A DNA stretch of 32,000 nucleotides from the IMG/VR virus record IMGVR_UViG_3300022562_001814, positions 168,738 to 200,737 of that record. The stretch is one strand, 5' to 3'. The translations under genes were made by a program, and so were the position numbers. Positions 31,332 to 32,000 of this stretch are shown one piece after another. This DNA comes from a virus. Numbering within the stretch: the first letter of the stretch is position 1; every line of letters starts with the position of its first letter. Below the pieces are notes generated by a model. It saw only the letters and a program-made list of their open reading frames with translations. It searched no databases and had not been told where the DNA came from.

Positions 31332-31662
31332 ATGCGCAAAGTAGTATTAGAATCTCCTTTTGCCGGAAATGTAGAAACAAATATTAAATATGCTAGAAGA
31401 GCAATGAAACATGCTCTCGATTTAGGTGAAGCCCCCTACGCCTCGCATCTATTATTTACCCAAGAAGGTATATTAGATGATAATATACAAGAAGAGAGAA
31501 ATAAAGGTATTGAAGCCGGATTGATTTGGGGAAGTTGTGCAGAAGCAACCAACGGTTGTATACGTGGATTATGGGATCTCGAAGGGGATGCAACTCGGAA
31601 TAGAACGTGCACAAGCAGAAGGTCGTTCCGTGTTCATGAGAACTATAGGTAAAAATGAATGA
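31332..31662 (+). pseudogene. DUF4406 / nucleoside 2-deoxyribosyltransferase-like protein interrupted by a 1-nt frameshift near 31548-31553
   Basis: Frame 0 gives VVLESPFAGNVETNIKYARRAMKHALDLGEAPYASHLLF...GLIWGSCAEAT, then implausible sequence. The +1 frame, open from 31525, reads TVVYVDYGISKGMQLGIERAQAEGRSVFMRTIGKNE and ends at TGA 31660-31662. Confidence 0.65.
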
Positions 31663-31945
31663 AAGAAATATTGGTATAATAGAATTTGATCTTATTCCAA
31701 AATTAATTTTAGATTTCTGGGATCAAAAATATGGTAAGTATTTAATGGCTTCCAAAACAAATGATTTGATCATATTTTATGAAAACGGAACTTTAGATAG
31801 CTTTCATCCATCAGGAGATCGTTTGGCTAGATACCACATACCTAGTCAACAAATGTTGTATATTTGGAATAATAATGTAAATGAACCATTGACAGAAAAA
31901 CAATATTTGGATAAATTACAGGATATACTATGGGAAGAGATTTAA
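31655..31945 (+). CDS. hypothetical protein
   Basis: 96-aa ORF with a TAATG overlap with the next gene. Confidence 0.65.
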   Translation: MNERNIGIIEFDLIPKLILDFWDQKYGKYLMASKTNDLIIFYENGTLDSFHPSGDRLARYHIPSQQMLYIWNNNVNEPLTEKQYLDKLQDILWEEI

Positions 31946-32000
31946 TGAAATTTATAAATTCAATAGCAAAATTTTTAACATTGGTAACGCTTGGCATATC
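31945..32000 (+). CDS. hypothetical protein, 3' end runs off the window
   Basis: ATG at 31945. The hydrophobic N-terminus MKFINSIAKFLTLVTLGI looks like a signal or TM segment. Confidence 0.4.
   Translation, partial: MKFINSIAKFLTLVTLGI

Noticed and set aside
1-32000. CRISPR arrays, rRNA, integrase or transposase genes, and prophage attachment sites.
   Set aside because: No spaced direct repeats, no rRNA-like conserved stretches, and no recombinase or transposase motifs were seen in any ORF. The only mobile-element signatures are the two GIY-YIG homing endonucleases.

Overview
AT-rich (about 30% GC by eye, not computed), very gene-dense segment that reads as a large, probably jumbo, bacteriophage genome rather than a bacterial chromosome. 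It holds about 68 short ORFs, many joined by ATGA, TAATG or TGATG stop-start overlaps and preceded by Shine-Dalgarno-like GAGG/AAGG motifs. All three stop codons occur at well-defined gene ends, so the standard bacterial code applies. No rRNA, tRNA, CRISPR array or transposon was seen. Strand blocks: + 1-2673, - 2670-18090, + 18161-22444, - 22445-25114, then single-gene or short units alternating strand to 28.2 kb, then + to the end. Recognisable content: nucleotide metabolism (ThyA, dUTPase, GMP reductase-like, NadR-type P-loop kinase, DEDDh exonuclease, Dam-family methyltransferase); translation factors (IF-1, PTH2-like hydrolase); two GIY-YIG homing endonucleases; two macro-like domains; an HslV-like Ntn protease; and several envelope-directed hydrolases (M23, papain-like, lipoprotein matrixin, AP-superfamily enzyme, M42-like peptidase). 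Second-look items: a small paralogous protein family with a shared C-terminal tail, a ParB-nucleotidyltransferase fusion, a DUF4238-like gene, a structured GC-enriched intergenic element, three apparent frameshifted or hidden genes, stop-on-stop convergent junctions, and leaderless-looking promoters. All functional calls come from motif recognition by eye. No database search was run.
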